Below are positions 22,931 through 33,254 of a DNA stretch of 64,000 nt, one piece after another. The stretch covers positions 248,001-312,000 of the forward strand of contig AP039698.1 in NCBI GenBank assembly GCA_051599415.1, in the 5' to 3' direction. Each line of letters begins with the position of its first letter. The first letter of the stretch is position 1. The notes under the pieces were generated by a model, which did not search any database, was not told the origin of the DNA, and saw nothing but the letters and a program-made list of their open reading frames with translations. The position numbers and the translations under genes are program-made. The DNA comes from Savitreella phatthalungensis. Lineage: Eukaryota.

Positions 22931-25029
22931 GGTCTGTGGCGTCGGAAATAGTCAAGGTCTAAGGTGGGGTAACACCTGTTGTGATTCAAGAGCGCTTAGG
23001 TCGTCCGCTGCGGCTCAGCTTGATTGTATTCGGTGATTCGTGTTTGCGTTGATGCTTGCGCTGCGAAGAGACTTTCGTGTCGACAAGAATGTCAAATTGA
23101 CAATGTCGTGGACGAACGGTCGTCTAATGCCGCGCGATGCCTGTCTAGAAGGTGGACAGAGAAAGCGTCACGGTCACCTCCGATTTCGATAGTGAAGAGA
23201 AATTGATCGGCCTGCCTCCCACTCGATCATGAGGTTGGATCGAATGAAGAAATCGGGCGCAACTCTTGCAGCTCAACAGCTAATTCGATCAATCCGATCA
23301 ATCGTGATCTGAAACAGGTGGGATTCTTCGATCAAATGAGCAAATGGAATCACAAACAAGATCGCCTATGAACTCAAGTCAATCATTGTGAGCCAGAGCT
23401 GCCACACCGTCCAAGATATAGATGAGACTATGATGCCCCAAGCCGATATCCGGTACTTCTTGTAAACGACCCCAAGATACCATGCATGTCTCGCGGCACT
23501 GCAGAGGCACGTCATGAACCAGCGGTATGAGGCAAGGCTGATTGTTTCGTCACGACTAGCTCTGTGAAACACTGCACTGCGGATATGAGGTCGACTGAAA
23601 GAAAAAGTTCTTCGACACAAAGCCAAGCAGGGCCTCATCCTTGGCTACGTTTGATTGAACTTCAAACACTCGGACTTAGCAGGCAGCTTTGTCCTCCAAT
23701 GAGAAGCCACTAGATATTCCCTCATAACGCTCGACATTGACATGAGTAAATCATCTTCAAAGTGCGTGACACGCTGCTCAAGAACTCATCATATGATGTA
23801 TACAAAGAAACCTCTAATGCCTCAGTGGGGCCGTTTGATAATGAAATTATGTCTTCGTGGTGCCGTGAATATCGTTGGGAGTCACGCCTTTTGATTGGCA
23901 GCCACGTATCGCTCATCCTTTTCGGACTTTTGGGTAAATCAAATCATGGTTCGAAAGCACAGGGGATCGACCGGTAGCCCAATGACGAGTAAGAAAATGT
24001 GGAAAGAGGGTATGATGGATAGCTCACAAAGTGCACGACAGCTGGGTGAACAATGTTATTCAGGAGACCCCTTTGTCGACTGGAGCGCATTTTTGGAACT
24101 CAGTAGTCTTCATGCGAGCACAGTAGCAGTGGCAAGTGGAAGAGAAGAAGGTTAAATGACACATTGGAAAGACTGAAGAAGCTTGAGCACTAGCAAGCAT
24201 TGTAAATTTCACTACCCGGGAAGTTTTTGTCAAGGAGTGGGACACAGAGGAACAGGATCAGATCAAACTTTGGTGAATCAATCGTCATTGATCACACTCT
24301 CCAGCTTCTTGTTTCCAGTGGTGAATCCTTTTCCTTCGTGGACAGATTTGTATGGGAGGAAGGATAGATTGAGTGGTTGGATTTCCACCCAGGTAGGTAG
24401 ATAGATATCCGGGTGGGTGAGATTGGCGAATCAATAAATTACGTTGATTGATCGACTGAATGGATGAATGGGATGATCAATCTTTTCAGTGGTTCCGGCA
24501 TTGAATTGAGCGCTCGACAAAATGTGAGTGTGAGTGAATGAGTTTGTGAACCAGCGAGTGAGTGGGTGATTGTTCATTTGATCGGAATGGATGATCAGAG
24601 TTTGATCATTTTTGATACGCTTTCCTCGCAGCCCTGGGGGAGCTCACCCGCGGAACGTTGGCATGCCGACCTGACGCCAGGATACTCTCATCCTTCGATC
24701 ACGCACCCGTTCTCTTCCACAGATTCCAGCCTCGCGTCCTTGCTCCTACCTGGCTGCCATCACACAGGCGAAGTTCGAAGACAGTGTGCTCGATTGTTCT
24801 GGCTTGCCAAAAACCATCAACTGTCCGATCTTCGGTATAGCCACGCTGACTGGAGTCTGATTCAAGACAAGCTAAAGAAAGAACTCCGAGGTCTTAAACC
24901 CGAATCTTCGACACACTACCATCTTGACATCTTTACAGGTGCTCGTTCGACGCAGTCGTGTCTTGGACGATTCACATCGACATCGGCAATTCGCACTGTT
25001 GAGGACGTTGGCCCCGAGGCTCTGCTCTA
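22931..25029. promoter_or_regulatory. Bidirectional promoter region shared by FAS2 and FAS1
   Basis: 2.1-kb interval between the divergent start codons, the longest intergenic gap in the window. No convincing gene inside; TGAG/TGAA repeats near 24450-24570. Confidence 0.6.
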
Positions 25030-28000
25030 ATGGAAGCACCTGCCACGGGCTATCACACTCCAGCGTCGGCGCAACATCCGCGTCCGCTACACCTTCGCTA
25101 TGCAGAACTTGATCATTCTCTACTCATCCCGTCCGCACAGTTCTTGGTTGCAACACAGCTTCGCGATGCGCTACTGCTTTCATTGCCAACCCCTGCAGCA
25201 AAGGAAGAGTCACCTGTTCCAGGGCAACCGACAAGCGAGATCGAGCTGTTCGCCCGCTTTCTGCAGCGCATAGCGCAGTCTGCATCCGAAGAGCCCGGAC
25301 CATATGATGAGCTTCTTGCTGCCGTGCTCACTGAGTTCGAGCGCTCATTCCTCAAGGGTAATGACGTGCATGCTGTGGCCGCTAACCTCGCAGCCGAGAC
25401 GGAGAGCCGGCTTCTGGTTGTAAAGAGCTACTTTGGCGCACGCTTGGCGAGTGGTAAAGCCATCAAAGGTTACGATTCCGCTCTTGTCCGTGCTGCGATT
25501 GATGGCGAAGCATCCGTGTTCGCCATCTTCGGTGGTCAGGGCAATATCGAAGAGTACTTCGACGAGCTGCGCGAGCTTGTTGACGTCTACGATGGTCTTG
25601 TCACGGACTTTGTGCAGGGTATTGCAGAATTGCTCGCGAAGCTCGTCAGTAATCGCAATGCTCAGGCGAACTACGGCAAAGGTCTTGACATTCTTTCGTG
25701 GCTACACGATCCTGCTAAGACACCGGATATCGACTATCTCGTCTCAGCCCCGGTGAGCTTCCCCCTGATAGGGCTCATCCAGCTAGCGCACTACGTGCTC
25801 CTAGCGCGTGTGCTAGGCCGCGCGCCGGGACAGCTGCGAGAAGTGTTCAGCGGTGCAACCGGCCACTCACAAGGCATAGTCACCGCTGTCGTTATTGCCG
25901 CGTCTTCCACCTGGGAAGACTTCTTTGTCAATGCGCGCACTGCTGTAGAGCTCCTCTTCTGGATTGGGTGCCGCTCACAGCAAACGTATCCGGGTACGGT
26001 CTTGCCTCCGATTGCGCTGCAAGACTCGTTGAGCGCGGGCGAGGGCATGCCGACACCCATGCTCAGTGTGCGCGATCTCGACCGCGCCACTTTGCAGAAG
26101 CAGATCGACATAACCAACGTTCACCTACCTGAGGATCGCAAGATTGGGATAGCCCTCATCAACGGACCGAAGAACTTTGTTATCTCTGGTCCGTCACAAT
26201 CACTTTACGGCCTTAATCTTGGTCTGCGGAAGATCAAGGCCGACAGCTCGGAGAACTACGGACGCGTTCCATTTTCCCAACGTAAAGTCAAGTTTGTGAA
26301 CCGCTTTCTGCCCATTTCGGCACCGTTCCACAGCCACTATCTTGCACGCGCGGTTGACGTCGTATTGTCGGATTGTCAGCACCTCTCCTTTCCACAGTTA
26401 AACATTCCTGTGTTTTCCACGGACGATGGCTCCGATCTACAAAGTCTGCCGGCTGCGCAGGTGATACCTCGCCTTGTCGACATGATCGAGCGATTGCCAG
26501 TCGACTGGGTCGCTGCTACGCGATTCGGCAAAGCTACGCACGTGGTCGACTTTGGACCTGGAGGTGCTTCTGGCCTTGGAGGTTTGACCCACCGTAACAA
26601 AGATGGCACTGGAGTGCGCGTCATCCTTGCAGGTTCGTTTGAGCTCCAACAGGCATCAGAGATGGGTGCCAAGGTGGAGCTTTTCGACCGCGAAGCGACA
26701 TCTGTGCGCTTCGCTGACAATTGGCTGGAGAAATACTCACCCAAGCTCATTCGCACCTCTACAGGCAGGCTATTTGTCGACACAGCTTTCTCTCGCCTGC
26801 TCGGCAAGCCACCTATCATGGTTGCAGGCATGACACCGTGCACTGTCGATTGGAAATTCGTCGCCGCGACAATGAATGCAGGCTACCACATTGAGCTTGC
26901 CGGTGGCGGTTACTACTCCCCAGCATCATTGACGGACGCGGTGCGTAAGATTCAAGAGACTACGATACCTGGCGCTGGCATTACACCTAACATTATTTAC
27001 ATCAATCCGCGCACGTACGCCTGGCAAGCGCCGTTAGTGAAAACGCTGCGTGATCAAGGCTTCAGCATCGAGGGTGCGACCATTGCTGCGGGTATCCCAT
27101 CTCTCGAAGTAGCCAATGACCTTTGCCAGACACTTGGTGTCAAGCACATTAGCTTCAAGCCTGGATCGCTGGACGGTATCCAGCAGGTCATTACGATTGC
27201 GAAGAGCAATCCGACCTTCCCAATCATCCTCCAGTGGACGGGCGGTCGCGCAGGTGGTCATCATTCGTACGAGGACTTCCATCAGCCGATTTTGGCGTCT
27301 TACTCGGCCATCCGCCGATGCTCGAATATCATACTCGTTGCCGGATCTGGCTTTGGAGGGGCAGACGACACTATTCCGTATTTGACGGGTGAATGGGCAC
27401 TCCAATTCAGCGCCCCCCACATGCCATTTGACGGTGTTCTCGTGGCTTCACGTGTCATGACGGCACTCGAGGCCAAGACCAGTCTGGGCGCCAAACAAGC
27501 CATCGTCGATGCTCCTGGATTGGATGACAAAGATTGGGAGAAGACCTACAAAGGTGCAGCTGGCGGCATCATCACGGTGCGTTCGGAGCTCGGCGAGCCT
27601 ATCCACAAACTTGCAACGCGTGGTATTCTTCTTTGGCGTGAGATGGACGACACGATCTTTAACTTGGCCAAGGATAAGCGCGTAGCTGCTCTGAAGTCTA
27701 AGAAGGACTACATCATCAAGCGGTTGAACGCTGACTTTCAAAAGGTGTGGTTCGGAAGAAATAGCTCTGGCGCCTGTGACCTCGAGGATATGACATATGC
27801 CGAAGTCGCTGAGCGCATGGTGCAGCTCATGTACGTCTCACACGAGAAGCGGTGGATAGACAAAACTCATCGCAACCTCGTTGGCGACTTCCTTCGCCGC
27901 ATCGAGGAGCGCTTCACTACCAAGACTGGCCAGAACTCGAGAATTCAGTCCTTCTCCCAACTCGATGATCCGCACGCCAATCTCTCTCCGATTTTGGATG

Positions 28001-31000
28001 CTTATCCTGCATGCCGCACACAACTCATGTCAGTCCAAGATGTGCAGCACTTCCTCATTCTCTGCCAGCGCCGCGGCCAGAAGCCCGTGCCTTTCATTCC
28101 CGTTCTCGATGAGCAGTTCGAGGTGTGGTTCAAGAAAGATTCTCTTTGGCAGTCTGAAGACCTCGAGGCTGTCGTTGATCAAGACGTTGGCCGTGTCGCT
28201 ATCCTGCAAGGGCCGATGGCGGCTAAGCACAGTACAAAGGTCAATCAGCCCATAAAGGAAATCCTTGACGACATCCACAACGGCCACATTCAGAACCTCC
28301 TGTTAAACAAATACGATGGCACGGCAGAGAACGTACCGCAAGTCGAGTATTTTGGAGGCATCGCCCCTGCAGACGTGTCCGCTTTTGGACCTGCGAATCC
28401 CGCTGGCAAGGTCGTCTTCAGCTTCCCTCCTGCGTCATCGGGCACAGCTCTGCCTCCGGTTGATCTGTGGCTGCAGTACCTGGCCGGCGCAGAGCCTTCT
28501 TGGCGTCGTGCGCTCTTGACCTCTGACATCATTGTGCAGGCCACCAAAATCCAGAGTAATCCTATGCGTCGTATCTTCGCTCCACGCCATGACACACAGA
28601 TTGTCATTGACAACAGCAGTGGTCTTGCGACTTCAAGCATCACGATTCTCGACCGGCGCTCCGGCAACTACGTTCAGGCTGTGCGAGCTTCTTTCGATGG
28701 CAAGGGCGTCATCGAGGTAGTGATGTATGAAGATCGGACAGCGGACAATAAGCTCGTTGGCATGCCACTGCGCTATACGTACAATCCCGAAGCTGGCTTC
28801 GCACCAGTTCGTGAAATCATGGACGATCGCAATGATCGCATCAAGGCTTTCTACTGGCGCCTATGGTTTGCCGAAGATCTTCCGACAGATCTGGACGACG
28901 TCAGCCTGGATGCGAAGACATTCGTTGGCGACACCGTTACAATCACCGGGAAGGCCATCGAAGACTTCTGTCATGTGGTTGGCAACGAATCTGAGGCATA
29001 TGTGCAGCGTGGCAAGGCTCGCCGTCAGGCACCAATGGATTTTGCAATTGTTGTTGGTTGGAAGGCGGTCATCAAGGCCATCTTCCCAAAGGCAATCGAT
29101 GGCGACCTACTTCGTCTCGTGCATTTGTCCAATGGATTCCGCATGGTGCAGGGCGCAGAGCCTTTGTACGAAGGCGACGAAGTGACCAGCTCGGCGCAAA
29201 TCAATGCGGTCACCAACGGTCCATCTGGCAAGGTGGTCGAGGTCGAAGGAACGATTACCCGGTCAGGAAAGCCAGTCATTCGCGTGACGAGCAAGTTCCT
29301 CTACCGTGGCAATTTCACGGACTACGAGTCGACCTTCAGACGCACGCATGAAGTACCGATGAAACTGACGCTTACTACTGCGAAGGATGCTGAAGTACTG
29401 CTATCAAAAGAATGGTTCCAGCCATTTGACGAGGAGCGCAACATGGTTGGCGCGACATTGACATTCCGTCTGAGCAGTCTTGTACGATATCAGACTGCTG
29501 AGGTATTCAGTCAGGTCTCAACAACGGGACCCGTTCTCCTTGAGCTGCCATCGAAGGAAATTATTCAGATCGCTTCAGTGGAGTACGAGGCTGGCCAGTC
29601 CTTCGGCAACCCTGTCGTGGACTATCTCCAGCGTCACGGCCAGCCCATCGAGCAGCCTTACGTGTTCGAGAATGGCGGTTACAGCGTCATTCAGATCGAC
29701 GATGATGTCTACTCGAGCACTTCCATTACACCACCTTCCAATTCACCATATGCAGAGATCTCAGGCGACTACAACCCCATCCACGTGTCGCCCACCTTCT
29801 CGAATTATGTTGAGCTGCCAGGCATCTCGGGAATCACTCATGGCATGTTCTCCAGTGCCTCCACGCGGAAATTCGTTGAGATCTTCGCTGCTGAGAACGT
29901 GCCGCAGCGAGTCGTCTCGTATGAAGTCACCTTCCTTGACATGGTGCTGCCCAATACGCGTCTCCAAACCAAACTCTCTCATGTTGCAATGGTCAATGGA
30001 AAGAAGAGCATTAAGGTTGAGACGTTCAATAGCGAGACTGGCTCCAAAGTTCTAGAAGGTACCGCGGAAGTCGAGCAGCCCATTACGGCGTATGTCTTCA
30101 CCGGACAGGGATCACAGGAGCAGGGCATGGGCATGGACCTCTACCAATCAAGCGCTGTTGCTCGCGAAGTTTGGGACGAGGCGGATCGCCACTTCCTTGA
30201 GAATTACGGTTTCTCCATTCTCCACATCGTGAAGAACAATCCGAAAGAGCTCACCATCCACTTCGGCGGTCCGCGTGGTCAACGCATTAAGAAGAACTAC
30301 ACGAGCATGGTCTACGAGATTGCCGACGAAGATGGCATCACCACGACGATGCCGATCTTCAAGGACATCACGGAGTCGTCGACCTTCTACCGCTTCATTT
30401 CGCCTACCGGGCTACTCTCGGCTACTCAATTCACACAACCGGCACTTACACTGATGGAGAAAGCGGCTTTCGAGGACATGCGCAGCAAAGGCCTCGTGCA
30501 ACAGAATGCCTCCTTCGGTGGTCATTCGCTCGGCGAATACAGTGCCCTTGCCGCTATCGCAAATGTGATTCCGATCAGATCGCTGGTCGACGTTGTGTTC
30601 TACCGCGGCATGACAATGCAGGTTGCCGTGTCGCGCGACTCACAAGGGCGCAGTGACTATGCTATGATGGCCGTGAATCCGAGCCGGGTGGGTCGCACAT
30701 TCACGGAAGCCGCGCTGAGGTATGTCGTTGATAATGTTGCTTCGCAAACTGGCATGTTGGCTGAAATCGTCAATTACAACGTCGAAAACCAGCAGTACAT
30801 CGCTGCAGGATCGCTCGGAGGCCTCGACACGCTCTCTAATGTCCTCAATGTCATCAAGACGCAGAATATCGACCTGGACAAGCTGATGAAGAGCATGTCG
30901 ATCGACGATGTCAAGGCGAAGCTTTCAGAAATCATCGATATGTGTGCAGCTAAATCCGCGGAGAAGGCGGGGGCAAACGGCGGCAGGCTCGAGCTCGAGC

Positions 31001-31269
31001 GAGGATACGCCACGATCCCGCTCAAAGGTATCGATGTGCCCTTCCATTCCACTTTCCTGCGTAATGGAGTCAAGCCATTCCGCAGCTTCCTTTCTCGCAA
31101 GATCACCAAGACGCAGATCGATCCCAACCTGCTGATTGGCAACTATATCCCTAATGTGACTGCGAAGCCGTTCGCGATCACCAAGGAGTACATTCAAGAG
31201 TGCTACGAGCTAACAAAGAGTCCAAAGCTGCGCAGCATCCTCGAGAATTGGTCTACCTTAACACGCTAA
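25030..31269 (+). CDS. FAS1: Fatty acid synthase beta subunit (AT, ER, DH, MPT N-part)
   Basis: Intronless 2079 aa. FGGQGN, AT GHSQG, ER VAGMTP and TGGRAGGHHS, DH SGDYNPIHVS...THGM, MPT FTGQGSQEQGMG and GHSLGEY, GIDVPFHS. Confidence 0.99.
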   Translation: MEAPATGYHTPASAQHPRPLHLRYAELDHSLLIPSAQFLVATQLRDALLLSLPTPAAKEESPVPGQPTSEIELFARFLQRIAQSASEEPGPYDELLAAVLTEFERSFLKGNDVHAVAANLAAETESRLLVVKSYFGARLASGKAIKGYDSALVRAAIDGEASVFAIFGGQGNIEEYFDELRELVDVYDGLVTDFVQGIAELLAKLVSNRNAQANYGKGLDILSWLHDPAKTPDIDYLVSAPVSFPLIGLIQLAHYVLLARVLGRAPGQLREVFSGATGHSQGIVTAVVIAASSTWEDFFVNARTAVELLFWIGCRSQQTYPGTVLPPIALQDSLSAGEGMPTPMLSVRDLDRATLQKQIDITNVHLPEDRKIGIALINGPKNFVISGPSQSLYGLNLGLRKIKADSSENYGRVPFSQRKVKFVNRFLPISAPFHSHYLARAVDVVLSDCQHLSFPQLNIPVFSTDDGSDLQSLPAAQVIPRLVDMIERLPVDWVAATRFGKATHVVDFGPGGASGLGGLTHRNKDGTGVRVILAGSFELQQASEMGAKVELFDREATSVRFADNWLEKYSPKLIRTSTGRLFVDTAFSRLLGKPPIMVAGMTPCTVDWKFVAATMNAGYHIELAGGGYYSPASLTDAVRKIQETTIPGAGITPNIIYINPRTYAWQAPLVKTLRDQGFSIEGATIAAGIPSLEVANDLCQTLGVKHISFKPGSLDGIQQVITIAKSNPTFPIILQWTGGRAGGHHSYEDFHQPILASYSAIRRCSNIILVAGSGFGGADDTIPYLTGEWALQFSAPHMPFDGVLVASRVMTALEAKTSLGAKQAIVDAPGLDDKDWEKTYKGAAGGIITVRSELGEPIHKLATRGILLWREMDDTIFNLAKDKRVAALKSKKDYIIKRLNADFQKVWFGRNSSGACDLEDMTYAEVAERMVQLMYVSHEKRWIDKTHRNLVGDFLRRIEERFTTKTGQNSRIQSFSQLDDPHANLSPILDAYPACRTQLMSVQDVQHFLILCQRRGQKPVPFIPVLDEQFEVWFKKDSLWQSEDLEAVVDQDVGRVAILQGPMAAKHSTKVNQPIKEILDDIHNGHIQNLLLNKYDGTAENVPQVEYFGGIAPADVSAFGPANPAGKVVFSFPPASSGTALPPVDLWLQYLAGAEPSWRRALLTSDIIVQATKIQSNPMRRIFAPRHDTQIVIDNSSGLATSSITILDRRSGNYVQAVRASFDGKGVIEVVMYEDRTADNKLVGMPLRYTYNPEAGFAPVREIMDDRNDRIKAFYWRLWFAEDLPTDLDDVSLDAKTFVGDTVTITGKAIEDFCHVVGNESEAYVQRGKARRQAPMDFAIVVGWKAVIKAIFPKAIDGDLLRLVHLSNGFRMVQGAEPLYEGDEVTSSAQINAVTNGPSGKVVEVEGTITRSGKPVIRVTSKFLYRGNFTDYESTFRRTHEVPMKLTLTTAKDAEVLLSKEWFQPFDEERNMVGATLTFRLSSLVRYQTAEVFSQVSTTGPVLLELPSKEIIQIASVEYEAGQSFGNPVVDYLQRHGQPIEQPYVFENGGYSVIQIDDDVYSSTSITPPSNSPYAEISGDYNPIHVSPTFSNYVELPGISGITHGMFSSASTRKFVEIFAAENVPQRVVSYEVTFLDMVLPNTRLQTKLSHVAMVNGKKSIKVETFNSETGSKVLEGTAEVEQPITAYVFTGQGSQEQGMGMDLYQSSAVAREVWDEADRHFLENYGFSILHIVKNNPKELTIHFGGPRGQRIKKNYTSMVYEIADEDGITTTMPIFKDITESSTFYRFISPTGLLSATQFTQPALTLMEKAAFEDMRSKGLVQQNASFGGHSLGEYSALAAIANVIPIRSLVDVVFYRGMTMQVAVSRDSQGRSDYAMMAVNPSRVGRTFTEAALRYVVDNVASQTGMLAEIVNYNVENQQYIAAGSLGGLDTLSNVLNVIKTQNIDLDKLMKSMSIDDVKAKLSEIIDMCAAKSAEKAGANGGRLELERGYATIPLKGIDVPFHSTFLRNGVKPFRSFLSRKITKTQIDPNLLIGNYIPNVTAKPFAITKEYIQECYELTKSPKLRSILENWSTLTR

Positions 31270-31530
31270 GATAGAGAGATTACCCAGTCTAACAAATCAG
31301 AATAAGAGCAGAAGCTCTGGATCATTTTGGAAATCGATCGTCTTGTGCCATTTGGTGTCCCCCCCTTGCCACACATACTACGACGTCGTTTGGTAAACAG
31401 TGGTCAAGCGGCCAGCCGAGTCGCATGAGCGACATTCACCGTGGCAGCGTACCGCCTGAAAGCACATTACGCATAGACATTACAGAAGCCTTCCTGCAAG
31501 TGATAGCACGTGCCCAGCAAATTTGCAGTA

Positions 31531-31628
31531 AACGTACGTACTTAATTAATTATGATTATGCAGTTAATTAATTAAGCTATATAATTTATACATATATAGG
31601 TCGATCGATTAATATTGATCGAATATCG
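31531..31628. repeat. AT-rich cluster of short inverted repeats upstream of eIF3e
   Basis: cttaattaatta (31541-31552) / taattaattaag (31565-31576); ctatata/tatatag; tcgatc/gatcga. Confidence 0.8.
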
Positions 31629-31776
31629 TGGTTCAAACACGTGTAGACACAAATATGCTGGTTGCATGCCTGAGGAACCAGAATCGGCAAACATTCAAAC
31701 GCGCGAGCATCGGAAATTTCTCAGGAGGATTGAAAGAAGTGCGTTGGACGTGCACAAGGCAAGAGTCTTTGCTATC

Positions 31777-33129
31777 ATGGACTCTCTACCTTACCTCCAG
31801 TATTTCGATAGACATCTCATATATCCGGTGCTGGACTTCTTGCAGGAGTCCGGTTCATACGATGCAAAGGTCATTCTTCAGGCCAAGCTCGACCTCCTGA
31901 GCGAGACAAATATGCCAGGACACTGCGCGGAGCTCTACAAGCAGATCGAGGGCGAGACAGCAAGCACTGCTCAGTTCGACGCCCGACAGCAACAGGTCGA
32001 CGAGCAGTTGGCAAAGCTTGAGCAGGATTGCCGAGCAGTGCTCGACGTGCTCGAAAATCCGGAGGTAAAGAACTCCCTTCGTCAGGATAAAACGCAGAAC
32101 TTGGCTTTCCTGCGCGACAACCATGGAGTCACTGTCGATCAAATTGAGGCGCTCTTCAGACTCGGTCAATTTGATTACCAGCGTGGTAACTACGCCGGCG
32201 CCATCGACCACCTGTACCACTTCCGCGTACTCAGCACTGATTCACGCCTGCTGGCCCAAGCTACGTGGGGCAAGCTCGCGGCCGAAATCCTGTCACAGAA
32301 TTGGGAGACTGCTTTGTCAGAATTGACGAAGCTCCGCGAGGTAGTTGACGCAGACTCGAGTGATGCAAGATTGCAGCTCCAGAATCGTGCATGGCTTCTT
32401 CACTGGTCACTTTTCCTATTTTTCAACAACGCGGCCGAGGGGGCAAACAGCCTGCAAGAGCTCCTTGATCTCTTCCTTGCTCCGGCTTACCTCAATGCAA
32501 TTCAGACCTGCGCACCTCACTTGCTGCGATACCTGACCGTTGCTGTGATTTCTGCTGCTGTTGAGCGCACGGGTCACTACCAACGCCGCATTCGGGATCT
32601 TGTCCGGATCATCGAGGCGCAACGCGACTACTCAGACTGCTTCACGAAATTCGCATCCGTCGTCTTCAGCTCGCACGACTACTCCCTGGCACCGAAGCTC
32701 TTTGCAGAGATGAAGGCTGAAGTCGCGCAGGACTATTTCCTCCACAATGCAGCAGAACAGACACTGCGCAACGCACAGCTCCTTACCCTCGCATCCTACC
32801 TCGGCCTGCACCAGACTGCCTCCTTCGCGACGCTGTTGGAGCTAGCTGGCATCGAGTCCAACACAGCACAGTCTTCTGTAGAAGACGATGCGGAGTCGAC
32901 ACCAATTACGCCACTCGGAGCTTTGCTCGAAAAGATCGAGCATCTCGACCTTGATATCGATGAGGATGAAGTTCAGGTTGAAGTATTGCGACGCAAGACA
33001 TCAGCTGCCGATCAACGCGCAGATGTTGTTGCAAAGACACGGATGCTTATCGAACGATCACAGTACCTTCACACCGTACACCAGCAGCAGCAAGCGCGCG
33101 CGGCTGCCAAGGCCATGCGTGCTCAGTAG
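31777..33129 (+). CDS. INT6: Translation initiation factor eIF3 subunit e (Int6)
   Basis: YFDRHLIYPVLDFL, LYHFRVLSTD, ATWGKLAAEIL, RAWLLHWSLFLFFN, YLNAIQTCAPHLLRYL. Start placed at ATG 31777 (MDSLPYL). Confidence 0.93.
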   Translation: MDSLPYLQYFDRHLIYPVLDFLQESGSYDAKVILQAKLDLLSETNMPGHCAELYKQIEGETASTAQFDARQQQVDEQLAKLEQDCRAVLDVLENPEVKNSLRQDKTQNLAFLRDNHGVTVDQIEALFRLGQFDYQRGNYAGAIDHLYHFRVLSTDSRLLAQATWGKLAAEILSQNWETALSELTKLREVVDADSSDARLQLQNRAWLLHWSLFLFFNNAAEGANSLQELLDLFLAPAYLNAIQTCAPHLLRYLTVAVISAAVERTGHYQRRIRDLVRIIEAQRDYSDCFTKFASVVFSSHDYSLAPKLFAEMKAEVAQDYFLHNAAEQTLRNAQLLTLASYLGLHQTASFATLLELAGIESNTAQSSVEDDAESTPITPLGALLEKIEHLDLDIDEDEVQVEVLRRKTSAADQRADVVAKTRMLIERSQYLHTVHQQQQARAAAKAMRAQ

Positions 33130-33254
33130 ACGAAAGCACAACAAAAGTTCCCTGTTCCTGGCTACCAGGTCAGTGCCGCACAATGTACAAGATTTGCTCA
33201 GTCCTCCGTGTTTGCGAGATGGTGTATGCAAGGATCGTGAATGTGGCCATTAAA

